Source: Bdellovibrionales bacterium (lineage in GTDB: Bacteria; Bdellovibrionota; Bdellovibrionia; Bdellovibrionales; UBA1609). From it: a stretch of DNA of 64,000 nucleotides. Where the stretch lies: contig OZ241456.1 of the NCBI GenBank assembly GCA_965200875.1, positions 1,056,001 to 1,120,000 of the forward strand, in the 5' to 3' direction. Positions within the stretch are counted from its first letter, which is position 1. Every line of letters begins with the position of its first letter. The position numbers were made by a program, and so were the translations under genes. This document shows positions 61,569 to 64,000 of this stretch, one piece after another. The notes beneath the pieces were generated by a model that did no database searches, was not told the DNA's origin, and saw nothing but the letters and a program-made list of their open reading frames with translations.

Positions 61569-61735
61569 CAATAAATGTTTCCTCTAAAAAATTAGAAAAA
61601 GTGTGTTCTTGATCTCAAAAGTATTGAATCGACAAAAAAAGAAGTTTAAACCCGAGTTAGCCAAATTTTGGAGGTCAAGAACAGTTCAAATATGAAAAAC
61701 CAGCCCCGATTAAAGATAAAGCTAAATGGGCTGAT

Positions 61736-61981
61736 ATGAAAAGAAATATTTTGCAACCTGTTTCATCAAACTTTAATACAGATGAAATCACCATTATGGA
61801 ACTCACTTATAAAAAATATGGATCGCTTAGTGGTTGGCAATTATCCGCGATCACACATGCTCCAGGTACACCTTGGCACACAGCTTGGACAGAAGGCCAG
61901 TATATTAGAGGGTATTCTATAAAAAATGAAGTTATTAAAGAATATTATAAAAACCTTATAGAGGTTAATCAAAATCAATAA
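61736..61981 (+). pseudogene. Panacea/SocA (DUF4065) antitoxin C-terminal fragment
   Basis: YGSLSGWQLSAITH..GTPW...I..YY; N-terminal KL and W..GPV motifs absent. Confidence 0.7.
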
Positions 61982-61991
61982 GGAATATTTT

Positions 61992-62663
61992 ATGAAAACT
62001 ATAATTGTTTTATTATTTTTAAGCTTAGGTGCTTTTAGTTATGGCCAAAATGAAAGTCAATGTAATGAACATAACTTTATAGATTTTGTGACTCAGCCTG
62101 GTAGCGAATATTCTTGCAATTTATCAGGAGCGGATTTGCGGGATTTTTATTTGGCTGGTGGGTATTTTATTAGGGCAAATTTGAGCGATGCGGATTTGAG
62201 AGGGGCAGACTTTAGTGGGGCGGATTTGAGCAGGGCAAATTTGGAAGGGGCGAATATGCGCGAAACGAATTTTAGCAATGCAAATTTAAGCGGGGCGATT
62301 GTTCAAGGTAGAGCTCATGGATCGAATTTTAGCGGGGCAAATTTAAGCCGTGCGATTATGAGAAGTACTCTTTTTGAAAGAGCGAATTTGAGTGGGGCGA
62401 ATTTGAGCAATGCGTATTTGTACAGGACACATTTTGAAAACGCGAATTTAAGCGGGGCGAATTTTAGTGGCGCGAATTTTGAAAGAGCGGATTTTAACCA
62501 TGCGGATTTGCGTGGTGTTGTGAATTTTAGTAGTGCAATAAATTTGGCTAAAGCTATGTTTGAAGATACGAAAGTTGATCCTTCAATGAAGGATCATTTA
62601 ATCTCAATAGGTGCAAAGGGTTCTGTTGTTGTAAATGGTGAGAAAATAAGAATAAATTTATGA
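61992..62663 (+). CDS. Exported pentapeptide-repeat protein (paralog 4)
   Basis: MKTIIVLLFLS signal, CN..PG...CNLS cap, ANLSG repeats. Confidence 0.9.
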   Translation: MKTIIVLLFLSLGAFSYGQNESQCNEHNFIDFVTQPGSEYSCNLSGADLRDFYLAGGYFIRANLSDADLRGADFSGADLSRANLEGANMRETNFSNANLSGAIVQGRAHGSNFSGANLSRAIMRSTLFERANLSGANLSNAYLYRTHFENANLSGANFSGANFERADFNHADLRGVVNFSSAINLAKAMFEDTKVDPSMKDHLISIGAKGSVVVNGEKIRINL

Positions 62664-63031
62664 AAACTATAATTGTTTTATTATTTTTAAGCTTATTCTT
62701 TGTAAGCTGTGGGGAGAGTCAAACAAGTACTCCTCCTGAAGATGGTGCTAAACCGAAAGGTGATGCTACAGTATGTAATATCAATAATTATAGGGACTAT
62801 ATAAATAAGCCTGGAGAACATAAATGTAATTTATCCGGGGCGGATTTGAGCGGTGTTGATTTGAGTAATGCGAATTTACGAGGTGCGGATTTGAGCCGTG
62901 CTGATTTGCAAGGTGCGAATATGAGTGGTGCAGATGTGAGCGGTGCAAAGTTTCTTGGTGCGAAAGTTGATCAGGGAGTGGCAGATTATTTAAAATCACA
63001 AAATATAATCGGTTTTAGAATTGTAAAATAA
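62660..63031 (+). CDS. Pentapeptide-repeat lipoprotein (paralog 5)
   Basis: Lipobox FVSC, CNINNY..HKCNL cap, YLKSQNIIGF. Confidence 0.9.
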   Translation: MKTIIVLLFLSLFFVSCGESQTSTPPEDGAKPKGDATVCNINNYRDYINKPGEHKCNLSGADLSGVDLSNANLRGADLSRADLQGANMSGADVSGAKFLGAKVDQGVADYLKSQNIIGFRIVK

Positions 63032-63091
63032 TCATGCCTTCTGTATTCCTTCTTGTCGACCTTCCTCTTTAATGTGTTCTCTTATGTTCAT
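63032..63091 (-). pseudogene. Rpn C-terminal remnant (MNIREHIKEEGRQEGIQKA)
   Basis: AAGGAGG RBS and EGRQEG motif. Confidence 0.55.
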
Positions 63092-63157
63092 ATAACCTCC
63101 TTTTGAAAAAATATCATTAATAACAACCTATTTATCGGAAAATTCTCTCTTGAAAAA

Positions 63158-63235
63158 CTGAAAGTCAAGTTGTTGGCTTTCAGTCCCTTGCAGGCAGGAA
63201 TCTAGGAAAATAACATATTTTTTCACGAGTCACTA
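63158..63235 (-). repeat. Partial MITE/REP-like element
   Basis: CTGAAAGTCAA..TTGGCTTTCAG hairpin, degenerate palindrome, TTTTCACGAGTCACTA end. Confidence 0.75.
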
Positions 63236-63273
63236 TTTACAAATGTAAATACTTTTATTATACTTTATTTGAA

Positions 63274-63585
63274 ATGAAATTTTGGGGATTCAACTGGGAC
63301 ACCAGCAATGCAGATAAATGTCAGAAACATGGACTTACTCAGACGGAGATAGAGCATTTTTTTCAATAGAAAAAGATTTATGTAGTACCAGATACTAAAC
63401 ATTCATCTATTGAAGAGCGGTTTTTAGCTATTGGAAAAGGGTTAAGAAATAAAATGATTGTTGTAGCATTTACTTTTAGAAATCAAAGAGGAAAACAGTT
63501 TATTAGACCTATAAGTGCCCGATTTATGAATAAAAAGGAGGTTCAAAAATATGAAAAAGAAATTGAAAAAACTGAAAACAAATAA
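63274..63585 (+). pseudogene. BrnT toxin with internal TAG stop
   Basis: FNWD..N..KC.KHG..EIE; TAG at 63367-63369; then ERFLAIG..FTFR..IRPISARFM. Confidence 0.88.
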
Positions 63586-63793
63586 AGAAGCTGAAAAGCT
63601 TTTAAGTCAGGATTTATCTTCTTACATACATCCTGAAAATTTTAAGCCTATGCGGTTTGAATTAAAACCAAAAAATCAAACAGTTACAATACGAATGTCA
63701 GAAGGACTTTTAGAAGCTTTAAAAAGAAAATCAAAAAAACAAGGGATTCATTATCAAAAGCTAATACGACAAGCTCTTGAAAAAGCACTTTAG
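63551..63793 (+). CDS. BrnA/CopG-family antitoxin
   Basis: PKNQTVTIRM..LK..GIHYQKLIR. Confidence 0.85.
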   Translation: MKKKLKKLKTNKEAEKLLSQDLSSYIHPENFKPMRFELKPKNQTVTIRMSEGLLEALKRKSKKQGIHYQKLIRQALEKAL

Positions 63794-63919
63794 TCAGTAC
63801 TCCTGTATCTCTTTTGATTTTTTTCTAAAAGATTTATACTGTTGGATTCCTTCTTGTCGACCTTCCTTTTTAATGTGTTCTCTATGCCCGACAGCCGATT
63901 TTTTTGTTGTTTTTGTCAT
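63794..63919 (-). pseudogene. Internally deleted Rpn remnant (41 aa)
   Basis: MTKTTKKSAVGH joined in frame to REHIKKEGRQEG; shares ~38 bp with 63045-63082. Confidence 0.5.
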
Positions 63920-64000
63920 AAGGATTTAGGTTGATTGCTTGCTTAAGATCTTATCCAGTTTAATATTCAATTCTTTAAGCTCACCTTTCACTTCTGTTTT

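Overview
AT-rich bacterial chromosome segment, most likely Bdellovibrionota. This is inferred from bacterial topoisomerase VI, split ComEC, a Flp-like pilin, Cys/Gly-rich secreted proteins and sigma28-type promoters; the ankyrin/pentapeptide expansion suggests host association. Core genes: sodB, hisS, top6B/top6A, prpB/prpC, ssb, radA, comEC, ftsW-murG-murC-murB, rnc, ilvA, maeB, purD. Two accessory regions lie at about 5.7-23 kb and 58-64 kb. The first holds a type I R-M operon in which an MNT antitoxin is fused to HsdS next to a HEPN toxin gene, plus further HEPN, OLD and Rpn genes; only a 51-aa tail of hsdR remains. The second holds a Gabija-like pair whose GajA lacks its TOPRIM domain. Several toxic or nuclease components (two BrnT, GajA TOPRIM, HsdR, one HEPN, two Rpn) are broken, while both BrnA antitoxins, HsdM/HsdS and the helicase stay intact. 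Further signals not shown in the ORF track: (i) an opa-like (CTCTT)5 repeat puts a PEGA lipoprotein out of frame; (ii) a modular ~125-bp MITE/REP-like family carries dRS3-like palindromes, often starts at stop codons, and has entered hsdM in frame; (iii) five signal-peptide-bearing pentapeptide-repeat paralogs share conserved caps around variable cores. No rRNA, tRNA or CRISPR array was seen.
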